Below, piece by piece: positions 11,714 through 24,028 of a stretch of 64,000 nucleotides of DNA. Each line of letters begins with the position of its first letter. The stretch's first letter is position 1. The position numbers and the translations under genes were made by a program. Source of the DNA: Chrysomallon squamiferum. Its lineage: Eukaryota > Animalia > Mollusca. Under the pieces are notes generated by a model that was not told the DNA's origin, made no database searches, and saw only the letters and a list, made by a program, of their open reading frames with translations. The stretch covers positions 10,478,001 to 10,542,000 of the forward strand of contig CM022671.1 in NCBI GenBank assembly GCA_012295275.1, given 5' to 3'.

Positions 11714-14601
11714 GACATAGCCAATCACACAAGGGTGACCCCCATGCAGAGAAAACTAGCATTCCAGAAGATTGTTGGTGCAGTGAACTCCAATAAACAG
11801 GCTTACCAGCAGTTAGCTTCCTGGGGTTTGGAACTAGACACAGCAACAATAATAGTACATACTCTTTTAATTTAAGCCTATTTTTCATAGCAGAATACTA
11901 GTTTACTGTTTTCTCTTTTAATAATAAATGACTAAATTTTTAACTTGGCAGACTTATAGTTGCATGATAGGTAAGCTAGTATAATATTCCAATGGTATAC
12001 AAATAATTGCATTAATTCAGCTGTTGTTATTGTTTCACTTAATCAAACTAATTTTACTTGCTGTTGCTAATTTTTTATATTTTGTCAGATGTTGTCAATT
12101 TAATCAACTGTTTTTATTGTTGTTATTACTAATATTACTGTTTTTGTTATTATTTTATTACGATTATTTATTTTTCTTCTTCTTCTTATTATTATTATTA
12201 GATGAAAAAGACTAATTAATTTTCTGCTACTAATTTTCAGATTGACGGTCGACTCCTTCCAATGGAAAAAAAGTTGGGGGCAAAGAATTCGTGGCGGGAC
12301 CTGAGGCAGATTTTGGACCCGAGGTCACACTGTCAAAGGTCATCTTGCCTGTCCCTCTGAGGAGCTGGATTGTCTTCAACAGATCAGAACTGAAACTTTC
12401 ATTAGAGTATTCCAGGAAAAAATAAACCCACAGGTAAGTTTTGAAAAATATCTAGGTAATAAATATCCCCAGATTGGTTTATTTAAAAATCCCTGTATTT
12501 AATTTCTCTGTTTTTTTAATAATAATAAGAGATATTTTTGTTTAAATGTCCAGTTACTGATTCTTTTATTGACCCTAGAAATTAAGTTTTGTTTCTCTGC
12601 CATGTGTCAGTTCTCAATTTTTTATATATTTTTTCTTTATTAGTAATAGATCAATTTTTATTTATTTATCTGTTTTCTAGTTTAACATTATTTTATAAAT
12701 ATTTATTTTGTCTGTCCAGAACCAGATGGTTGTGGCCATTTGTCCAAACAGTTGTGATGACCGGTATGCAGCCATAAAGAAACTTTGTTGTGTGAAATGT
12801 CCCATCCCTTCTCAGGTAATTAAAGACTGCATACAAAGAGAAATGCATCGTGTAACAAATGTGTTTCTTAGAATACCCTTTTTAAGTATAAAGTGTGTTT
12901 ATGATATTTTTTTTTTAAGTTACCTGATTTTTATTTTTTCATTTGATTTCTTTCATATTTTGCTTTCTTTCTTTTTTTTCTTTCTTTTTTTTTCTTTCTT
13001 TCTTTCTTTCTTTCTTTATATATATATATGGATGAGTTTCACATTTTGATAAAGTCTGTTTAAATTTTATTGACATTTACCATGTTTGTGTCATAAAAGG
13101 TCTATACATTTATTGGTAGTAATTTTAGGTGGTAGTGGTAGCTAGCTGCAGTAGCAGCAACAGCAGTAGTACTAGAAGTAGTTGATAGGGTGATACTGTT
13201 ATTGTTGTTATTCAAAGATAAAATTTACAGAAATGTTGTGGATACTACATCATTACTGTAATCATCTTCATGCATAATTATTATTTATTAATTAATTTTT
13301 TCATTTTCAGTTTTACAGTTTTTATTTTTTTATTTTATAAATTATTTTTAAATTGTTTGTGTGTGTATATGTATATATAGTGTTTTTATTTTATTTTTTA
13401 AATAGGTGAATCACAAGTTGCCAGACAAGATAATAGTGTATCATGATGGTGTGTTTGATGGTCAGCTGAACACAGTGTCTGGCTATGAAGTCAAACAGCT
13501 TGAGAATTGTTTCGCACAGTTTGGAGACTACATGCCTCAGCTGTCGGTCATCATTGTTCAGAAACGAATCGTCACAAGAATCTTCCACAATGTAAGCTTT
13601 GTTACAATTTATTATAATGCCCAGTGCAAAAGTGATATCCAGTGTATATCTTGTTATAATGTCCAGTATCGGTCTTGTTATAATGTCCAGTCTCAGTCTT
13701 GTTATAATGTCCAATACAACATCAATTTTATTCTGTCCAGTTCAGTATCAAAACTTCTTATATCTTCTTCGGTATCTGTATTATTATAATATCCAGTTAA
13801 GTATATGTATTATTATAACATCCAGTTAAATATCTGTATTATTATTATTATGATATCCCCAGTTAAATTATTACTTATTATTATTAGAATATCCAGTTCA
13901 GTATCAAAACTTCTTGTAATGTCTTGTTCAATATCTGTATTATGATAATATCCAGTTAATTTATGAGTTATTATCTGTAAAGTCCAGTTCAAAAATAAAA
14001 CAATCAGCATTGTTCTAATATAGAGTTCAGTATCAGTTAGTATTATTTATTTAAAAATGGAATTTGTTCAGCAGAGCAGAAACTACCAGGTTCACTGTTA
14101 CACTAAATATCATGAATGTTCTGAGAAACATTTATTTAAAGCTCGAGTCTTTTCAGGGTGGAGGAAGGCATGTAAAAGAGCAGAAGTGTTATTTTAGTTC
14201 ATGTTTTATGCAAGAATCAACAGATTAGTTGCTTAATTAGGTAGATGGATATACCATCTTCTGATGTCAAATTCTGTTACATTTGGCAGAAGTAGCTAAT
14301 ACTATAATCTGTAAAAATGATTCTGTAAATTGTTCTGTGTCCACTGACAATGGTACTTTATAGATATAAACAGACTATAGTTATTGGGGATGTTATTATA
14401 GGTTTTCAGTGAGACAAAAATTTGGAAGTTTTATAGTAAGAAGTATTAAAAATATAAAGATTTATAAATAAAAATATTTAAATAAAAAAATTAAATTAAA
14501 AAATATATTTCTGTTTCAGACACCCAGAGATCTGCAGAATCCACCTCCAGGTACAGTTGTTGATCATACTGTTACCAGAAGAGACTGGTAAGTAATCAAA
14601 A

Positions 14602-14635
<34 letters not shown>

Positions 14636-15714
14636 ACTGATCATTTTGTTTTAAATTATTAAAAAGGATTCAGTTATGTGGTTAACTGACTATTTATTAG
14701 ACAAAAACAGTAATTCTCATGTATGCAATCTTACAAACATTTCATTAATTAAAAAAAAGGGAAAACATCTATAATATTGTTCTTGTTTGTTTTGTGTTTT
14801 TGATGGTGCTAAGTGCATTTTTTTTTTTTTTTTTTTGAGTATGTGTGTTTTTTTAGAATAAATCTTTTGAGAAAATGGTACTGAGATAATATTTAAAAAA
14901 GGAACAAACTTTCTTGTTATCTTCCTCGTGTCTCAGCATGTATGACAGGGAACTGTCTCTCCTACTCACTACATCATCATCCACGATGGGATCGGCCTGC
15001 CTCCAGACAAGATGCAAAGACTGGCCTACAAAATGACACACCTCTACTTCAACTGGCCTCGGACAATCAAAGCTCCTGCACCATGTCAGGTATGCATATT
15101 TGTTGATATGGTACTTTTATATGTTGTCATGGAAACAAATATTGGTTGCTGGATATGTCTTTTATGGTTCAGAGATTTCATTCTGTAATCAACATAAGAT
15201 CTGAATACTTTTCTACTAGGTAGAAATTTGTCAGTCATTTTTGTGGCAGCTTCAAAGGACATTTTCCATGATGTTTCTTTAATTATATGAAAATTTACAT
15301 GGTTTAACTTGAAATGTAATTCTATGTAATGTTTCTGTCAGCAAAATAAAGTTAATATTCAAGTTTGAAATATAATTCCCAGTAACACTGGAGTCAGGTG
15401 GGAGTCTAATCAAAACAAAGATATTTGTTTTATGCGCTGTTCATTTAAATAAGAAAAAGTTACCATGGTTTTGTTTGAAACGTGTGTATTAACTCAAACT
15501 GTCATATTTTGGGGATTTTGTTGGAGTTATTTATAAATCAAAAGAAATAAAAATACATTATATATATAACATGTGTGTGTGTGTTTTAATTTCAAGTACT
15601 AATCATTATTTGTTTTATTATTTTTTTATTACAGTATGCTCACAGTATGCTCACAAACTGGCATATCTTATTGGACAGAGAAGTCACAAAGAACCCAGTG
15701 AATGTTTATCCGAC
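11714..15714 (+). pseudogene. piwi: Piwi-clade Argonaute (PIWIL2/Ago3-like) unprocessed pseudogene, L2-MID-PIWI portion only
   Basis: Exons 11714-11854 (DIANHTRVTP...LASWGL), 12241-12433 (IDGRLLPMEK, frameshifted), 12720-12815 (DDRYAAIKKLCCV.CPIPSQ), 13406-13591 (LPDKIIVYHDGVFDGQL...VQKRI.TRIF), 14520-14587 (LQNPPPGTVVDHTVTRRDW), ~14922-15089 ([16 protein letters not shown]...HLYFNWP.TI.APAPCQ), 15646-15714 (YAHKLAYLIGQ). Most have AG/GT boundaries. TGA at 14943-14945. Confidence 0.95.
13610..14040. repeat. Degenerate minisatellite (~25-30 bp unit, TATAATRTCCAGTT core) in a Piwi intron
   Basis: Repeated TTGTTATAATGTCCAGT / ATCCAGTTAA / CCAGTTCAGTATCAAAACTTCTT. Confidence 0.75.
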
Positions 15715-15913
15715 ACCCAGAAGAAGAAAAAAATATAAGCAAAAACACAAAACGAAAATGAAAATTGGATGGACAATTTTTTTCTGTTAATTTATAAAAT
15801 TTATATTACATTTATTTATTTTTGAAAAGCAAAACTTAGATGAGTTTTTAATAAATGTTACGAAAGGTACTTTTTGTTGTTGTTACTGCTTACAAAAAAA
15901 AAAAAAAAAAAAA

Positions 15914-15945
<32 letters not shown>

Positions 15946-16516
15946 ATAAAAAAAATAATAATAATAATAATTTTAATTTAAGAAATAATAATAGCAAAAA
16001 AAAAAAAAAAAAAATAAATAAATAAATAAATAAATAAATAAAAAAAAATAAAAAAAAAAAAATAGTAACAAAAAGAACATAAAAAAAAAAAAAAAATATC
16101 AAAATTCGAAATAAAAGAACTGGTGCCCGTTTCAATTGCGCGTAGACTTAATTACTAAAATAACACCTATTACAGAGTACCGGTCACTTCTTATAAAAAT
16201 GGAAGAAATTGTTCGAAATAATCTTTTGTTTTGACGAGGTTAGTTGAATTAAATTATATCGGAAAATATTTAATTTTAGATTATGACAGTCAGCTGTAGC
16301 GTTAGATAAATATAAACGAGAGCATTGTAATTTGGAATATTGTAATGACTGGTCCATGGAACTGGAAAAACAACAATAGTAACGACCCCCCCCCAAAAAA
16401 AAAAGTAAATACAAATTTAAGCAGATAAACATGCGAAAGACAGTTGATAATAGATTTTATTAATAATCGAAAATCAAGTATTACTCACAACTACACCTTC
16501 CCTTATGCACAAAAAT

Positions 16517-16581
<65 letters not shown>

Positions 16582-17274
16582 TCCACAATATATTAATGGA
16601 AATTAAAAACATTTAATTTAATTAGTTATAATTATCCAAAATTATTTAATCTGTATTCTAATGTCTTTAAACATATAAAGAATTAAACAGCTGAATTCAT
16701 ATCATAGTTTTGAACTTTAAATTAGATAATAAAAAGGATAACAGTGGGCCATTGTTTGATACTAGTGAAGCTGCTTTATTAAGTCTCAATAGAAACCTAG
16801 CCACTGGCTTACCAGATTGAGATGTCATTATTTTCAAACTGACAGTTGAAATGCCAAGCTTATTTAACATTTATTTTAAGTTTTGAAAGGTATAAGTAAT
16901 CAGCCATTTTGAATTTTGATATTTTATAAAGTTTTCTAAATTTTATTTTAAACTAGATAATTACTCAGTTAAGTAAGTCTACTAATGAATGATACTTTGT
17001 CCTGAAAAATCAATTCATTTTACTAATGATATTTAATTTTTCATGTTTTTTTTTTATGTTTGTTTCAGAATTACCAGTACTGATACGAGATAAAAATTAT
17101 TCTTTGAATAACGATGTTAGGATGTGTTTTGGTAAGTTTATACAAAATACTTAAGCTATATCCTGTGTTTAAATGTCAGAAAATGATAGAGTAACTGATA
17201 ATCTGCGATATTATTTTTATAGTGTAATGTATGGTGCAAAGTATAATTTTGATTATTTATATAGTGGTCATGAT

Positions 17275-18010
17275 CTAAAATTTGGCAGGTGTGTTAGCTG
17301 CTCAATCTCTAACAGAGTTGTCCGTTAACTAAATCTGTTATCAATTCATTGATTTCTTATAGTTAATTTTTCTTTCACCTGCACTGTCATTTTCCTTTTT
17401 CTTGGAGTGGATATTTATTTTTAAATGTTATGAGTTAAAATAATAAGAATCATTTTTGTGAATCATTCACTGTTTCTGCCAATAGCTGATCATTGTTTCC
17501 AGCTGCTGTTATGTTACACATTTATTCAAATACTTTTGCTTAATCATTCAGATTTTTAAATATTCATTTAATTCATAGTTAATTAGTCATTTTAATAATA
17601 ATAATACTACAAAAAAAAAATTGGTGACATTACTTTTTGTTTAAAAGCCTCTGACTGAAATATTAAAATTTAAAATGTATCAAAAATAAATAAACAAAAA
17701 TAATACAATTTAATTTGTCATAATTATAATATACATCTGTGTACAATTTTATATATTTCTAAATACTTAAACTGAGATTAAATAAAACAATAATAATGAT
17801 AATAATAATAATAATGAAACATCTGCTGATGCAGTGTTGATATTAATATGTGCATCATGCATTTGTTGTCAGTCTTCTAAACTTAACAAATAATAAAATA
17901 GTTATTATTAAAAATAAATAAATTATAAAAATAAAAATTAGCTAGTCATTAAGATTTAGAATGTACTCAATATGAAGCAAACAATCCATTTATTCAAATC
18001 AGTGCTTTAA
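17275..18010 (+). repeat. Local repeat family R1 copy
   Basis: Shares blocks with 23555-24500 and 56060-57000. Confidence 0.7.
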
Positions 18011-18789
18011 TTTTATACCTAAGAAGGTATAAAAATGCTAAATTGACAGCAATCTATATAAATCAATAAGTCTATCTATCCACTAGAGAAATAAACACAA
18101 CACCTCAGTGAAGGTTCATGTTAATTATTTAATTATGATATTTGCTGCTGCTTGTTGATTCCGGCACTTTTCTAGCTTGTTAAAGGTTTCGTATTCGTCA
18201 TTCAAAAACATTTGGTTTCCCCGCCTACCTGAATTCTCATCTTCACCATTTATTTCACTCTCTCTTAATTCTCTATGCTCTGTTCTCTTCTCTATTTTAA
18301 TTACCTTGAACCTTGAAAAAAATTAATGTGCTAATCAGAGCAAGCTGTTGCAAAGCACGTCTATGACAGACACGCTTTCTGACAGGTCAGCGGGCATGTC
18401 TGTCGCAGAAAAGAGTTTTGGCTAAAGAAAGTGAATGGGTTCTCGTTACGATTACAGGACACAAGGGAGTGTCCAGCATATTGGATTGTAATGAATCGGT
18501 TGCAATGTTTCGTTGATGTTTTCTGCTTCTTGTTGTTTCCAGCACTTGTCTTGCTCGCTGAATGTCTCGTATTCGTCACCGGGTCCGTGTTGGTTGGGTC
18601 CTGTTTGTTTGTTCTGTTCTTGGCTGCTGTTGATGTTTCCTTGTTTTTTTTGGCTGCTTCCCTCTGGTCCAACAATTCCAAACTTTTTTTTCTTTCCAAA
18701 TGTCTTTTTATTAATTTATAAAATGCTATAAACATCTGCAACTCAGAATAAGAACATGAGTGTAGTTAACTTATTTATATTTATTTATT

Positions 18790-18825
<36 letters not shown>

Positions 18826-18939
18826 ATTAATTTAACTGGTAATTCAAATTGATCCGTCAAACAGTCGATCCATCCAAAGATCAGTCAGTTGGACAACCAA
18901 TCAATCTATAAGTCAGTAAATTCATTCGATTGTTGTTAC

Positions 18940-21900
18940 TTTTTTTTTTTTTTCACACAAAAATATTCAACTCCAAGAGTCTAAAGTTTGTGTTTTGTGT
19001 TCAGTGTCCGTTACTGCAGTGAGGACTAACTCTCTGTCTTTCGTGTTTGGTGCCAAGATGTTTTGGAGCCTGAAATTGATTTTTAGTTCCTCCAGTGTGT
19101 TACGTAGTGCTTGTCTTTCCTTGGCGAAATTGTGACAGTGAAACAAGTAGTGTTTGATGGTTTCAGAGAGTGCACAGCTGCAGTTGGATGATGTGGTGTT
19201 GTGGTATTTGTATCAGATTGCAGTTAAGTTGGTCAAGTAACCAATTCTTACTTTGCTGAGATTGTTGGCGAGTGTGATTTTGAGTGTTTTGGTTAGTGGT
19301 TTGATGTTCAAGTGTCATTTGTTTTTGGTGTTGTTCCATTCGTTTTGCCACTGCTTGTCATAATGTTTGGCTGCGATGGAGAGAATTTTGTTTATTTCAT
19401 AGTGTATATCGGTGCAGATGTCTTTGGCTTTAATGCTGAGTGACTCTTTGGCGTAATGGTCGGCAAGTTCATTGCCGATGATGCTGACATGTGCTGGGAG
19501 CCACTTGATGATTAGTTGTTTGTCGTTGTGTTGTATGTCCTCGTGTAGATGTTGTATTCTGCTGAGTAGGTCTGGACTGCTGGAATGTCCAGATTGTACT
19601 GAGATGACGGAACTTAGGCTGTACGAGAATATGACTGTGTGTTTGTTGTTGTTGTGTTTCACCCACAGCATGGCTTTGATGATGGCAACCAATTCAGCAA
19701 TGTACACTGAAAGGTGATTTCTGATGCGGCCGAATTGTATGCATGTGGGTTTGTTTGTGTGATCTTGGGCATCGGTGTAGATGTGTGTGTGTTGTTTGTA
19801 GTTGTCGTTTGCTGCTGCTAGAAATATGGCTTTTTTGAAGGGTGTGAACTCTGTTTTCTCTGTTTCTGTTTTGATCAGGAAAGGTGTGTTTATTGCTGGT
19901 TTTGTTTCTTTGTGGTATGCTGGCTGTGGCATTTCTCCTAATCCTGTTTCCCTTTTGATTTTGTTGGCTGTTGTCAGGAAATTCGATAGTAGTGGATTAT
20001 GCGATTTAAAGGGTTGCCCTATTCTTTGTTGGTCGGGGACCAGATCTTTGACAGGGTGGTCTGTGTTCAGGGTGTATATTTTCAGGTTGTATTTCAGTAG
20101 CTGCAGCTTTCTTCTGTATTTCAGTGGTTGGATGCTGTATTCTGACAGGAGGCTGTCAGACGGTGTTGTGTTTGGTAGGGGCCGATCACTCTGAGGGCGC
20201 TGGATTGAAGTGTGTCTAGTTTTTTTAAACAGTGTTCGGGAGCATTCGAGTAAGCCGTGGCTCCGTAGTCGAGCCTGGAGAGAATACACGCTTTGTTCAT
20301 CAAAGTTAGTGTTGACTCGTTTGCTCCCCAATTGGTTGCGGAAATTAGCTTTAGAAGATTGAGCGTTTTTTTGCAGGATGCAATTATGTTGTGTATGTGG
20401 CATCCGAAGTTGAGTTGACTGTCAAATGACTAGAAATTTGAATGTTTTGGTTTCTTTTATGACATTGTCAGTGTTTAGTGTGATTTTGTTGTCTGTTTTT
20501 CTGTTGAAAAGGAGGTATGTCATTTTTGAAAGAGAAATCTTTATGCCCCATTTCAATGCCCAGTCATTTACATTGTTTAGGTCTTTTTGTATTTGTTTCT
20601 GTATTGCGGTTGATCTGCCTGCAGGCCAAAAGGCGCAGTCGTCTGAAAAGAGTGCTGTGTTTATTGGTTGGGTTGGTGGAGTTTTGGCATTGTCTTGTTT
20701 GTCGAGTGCTGGTACGATGTCGTTGAAGAGTGTTGGTGAGATCACAGATCCTTGTGGAATGTCATTTTCGATTATCATTTTCTTGGAGGTGTGACCATTC
20801 ACTTTGACTGCTATGGATCTGTTGTTGATGAAGTTGAACATGTTGCCTTTGATGTTGTTGTTGATTAATTTGACGAGCAGTCCTTCCCTCCATACCATGT
20901 CGAATGCTTTTTCAATGTATAGGAATACTGTATTGAATTTGTTTTATTTAATAAAAGATTGGTTGATTGATGTTTGCAGGCGTGTGATCTGGTCATTTGT
21001 GCTCTGTTTCATCCTGAAGCCGCTTTAATATTTGCTGATTAAGTTGTTGTCGTTTAAATGCTGGCTCAGGTGTGTGTTGATCATCGTTTCCAGTGTTTTG
21101 CATGCGTGACGTCAGTGTGATCGGTCTGTAGCTGTTGGGTAGTAAGTGATCTTTGTGTGGTTTGGGCAAACTGAAACATTCGGCATGTTTCCAGTTTGTT
21201 GGAATCTTGCCTGTGGTCCATATTGTGTTGTAGAGGGCGAGTAAGATTAGTAGTGTTTCATCTGGTAGGTGTTGTGTTATTGTGTAGCTTATTTTATCTG
21301 CTCCTGTGGCTGTACTTTTCTTGTTTTAGGGGGCATGTTCAAGTTCGCTGATGTTAAAGAGTTGATTGTATTTCATGTGTTCTGTGTCTGCGGAATATTT
21401 GTCGATTGTTAGATTGTCCAGTGGTTTCTTTGTGAATTTCACTGGGAAGTTTGAGTTGCTGCTGGACTTGGTGAAAGTTTCGCTGAGTAGGTCCGCTTTT
21501 TGCTTGTTGGTGAATTGGATGTTGTTTTTGTAGACAGTGTTAATTCTGTGGATTTTTTTTTTTGCCTTGGAAGTTTTTCACTTTGGCCCACGTCTTTGAC
21601 TGATGTTTTGTGGTCGATGTTGTTGCAAAAAAAGTTCCCAGTGTTCTTGTTTTGCAATGAGAATTAGATTGGAAACTTCTTTTCTTGCTATTTTGTGTTT
21701 TTTCGTGTCTGGAATAATTTCTGTCTTTTTTTTTGTATTGTCTTCTGAATTTGTTTCTTTCTTTGCATTTCTTTTCTATGCGTTCCGCTCACCAGGGAGT
21801 GGATATTTTGCCGGTGCATTGTCTGTCGTTTTGGGTATGAATTTGTTAGCAATGGAGGGTATCGTGTTGGTGAGCGATGTGCAGTAGGTGTCGATGTCGT

Positions 21901-22450
21901 TGGGGTTCTTTGTGGTGATGTTTCTGCATGCTTTGTTGAAGTTCCATTTGGGTGTGAAAATGGATGTGTCCAAGGTGTTCTTGCTAATATAGTTGGTGAG
22001 TATTTGGTGATGGCACTTCTAACAAATATCGCAACTTTTTTTTGATCTCTGCATGTGTTTTTTGTGGATCGTGATGGTAGCTCAGCATTCAATATGTTTA
22101 TTTTTTTTCCTCTTTATTGTTTCCCAAATGTTTTGATTGCTTTCATTTTCGGTGTCGGTGTCACATAGGCTTGCTAATATGTGTATGTTTCAGTTTATGA
22201 TTTTTTATTCTGCTGTTTCCTCTGAGTCAGAATGTGTGTGTGTGGATGTGTTGTCGTTGATTTTTTTTTTGTTTGCTGTTACATTTGCTTTTTTCTACGG
22301 ATCTAGGGCTCATGTCCCTCGGTCGTTTAGGAACTCTAGTTTCCATATCTGAGTGGTCAGTCACGGTGCTGTATGTTTTCATGTGTTTGGTTGCCATTGT
22401 GTGTGGCTTGTTGTGTAATTGTTGTTGTTCTTTTGTTTTTTGATAATAGT
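18940..22450 (-). mobile_element. Decayed I-group (I/Nimb/Ingi-like) LINE with RT, RNase H and C-terminal CCHC
   Basis: RT: YRPI-type segment near 21125, KAFDMVWREGLL, PQGSVISPTLF, LFSDDCAFW; RNase H: IYTDA, SVYIAELVAI, WLPAHVSIIGNELADHYAK; knuckle CSCALSETIKHYLFHC near 19140-19185; A-tail on minus strand at 18940-18953; 22100-22440 may be an ORF1 N-terminal remnant. Confidence 0.9.
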
Positions 22451-23554
22451 TCAATTTTAAATATATAGACAAATCTATATAAATTTTAAAAAGTCTAAAG
22501 CTATGATAACTCACTTTGAGACCGAGAAAAAGCTAAAAGATATATTTGTTATTTAAGATACCAGAAAGCAAAAGACAAAGAAGAACAAACAGTAAAAAAG
22601 TAAAAAGAAAAGTAATAAGGGTAACAATAATACAAATGGCTACAAATAATATAAATAAGAATCTAAAAGTAAATAAAGAAAGTAAATGAAACAGTATCTT
22701 TCGTTTCTGAATTCCGCTCAGCAAGCACAATCCGTATGTGAATATTCGTCACAGCTTCTCTTACGGGCTTACACCATGTCAGGGTCGACCAAATGGCGGC
22801 GAGTCTCTTCAAACATACAATGATATCTGAAAAATTGAGGTCACATCTATTGACTCTGATGAACATTTAAACAAATAAAGATATAAATGAAAAAAATAAA
22901 GAAATAAACAAGGAAATAAAGAAAAGAAAAGAATACAAAAAGGTGGATTTCTCATGGAAAAGAGATTACACCAGGGTTGCCAGGAGTTAACCATTTTAAC
23001 TCCAGTTTTCCATGTGTTTTCCATATGTCAGTGTTTATGAGTGGAGTGACAATATATTGATAGAGCAGTAACGTTAGAGCAAATGATAATTATGAAACAA
23101 GAGGTACTTGGAACCTTTCGTCATATTAATAACCAGATTTTAAATAACAACAATAAATGCATTTATGTACTGAAATCAGGTTATTTTAATTTTTCTTTTT
23201 GAAAAAATATATTAATATTTTCAGTGAAATAATTATTTATTCTTAACAAACATTTTGTGTAAAAAAAAATGTATATAAATTATTTATTTTATGTTTTCAG
23301 TAATCTGCAGCTAGAAAACTAAACTGTGAAAATGACACAAGATTTGAAGGAAGGTAAAACTGCCTCAGAAGGAAATCACAAAATTTGACAATGAACTCAG
23401 GTTAGTGCCATTAGTTTCAGATACTTAATTTATTTTATTAGTTGTCTTTATGCTACTGTAACCATATCGAAACCCAATGTGTGTAGATAATGTCTGAATT
23501 AAGATGTTTTGCTAGATTGTTATCAAGTCATCAGAAAATCTAAAAAGACATGTT

Positions 23555-23991
23555 AGAGGTCACATGCTCAATCTCTAACAGACTTAGCCATCAAATAAAT
23601 CTAGTTTAATTCCTTACATTTCTTATATATAATTTCTTCTTTTGCCTGCACTGTGAAATTTCCTTTTTCTTGGAGTGGATATTTATTTTGAAAATATTGA
23701 GTTAAAATAATCAATAAGAATCAAATCAAATTGCATTAGAAATAAATTCATTTTTGTGAATCATTCACTGTTTCTGCCAATAGCCGAGCATTGTTTCCAA
23801 TTGTTGTTATGTTACACATTTATTAGACATTCCTGATTAAAACATTAAGATTTTTAAACATTCATTTAATTCATAGTTAACTTGTCTTTTCCAATTTTTT
23901 GAAAATATAATGTAAGCTAATTAATAAAAACAAGACAATACTTAAACATTTTTCTTTCAAAGCCTCCAAATTAAGTTTATTTTTTTTTACC

Positions 23992-24028
<37 letters not shown>

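Noticed and set aside
11714-15714. Functional Piwi gene
   Set aside because: Nonsense codon, frameshift, missing exons, lost acceptor and lost C-terminus.
18150-18741. Minus-strand K/T/N-rich ORF next to the LINE tail
   Set aside because: Composition suggests a retroelement fragment, but no diagnostic motif is present; cannot assign.
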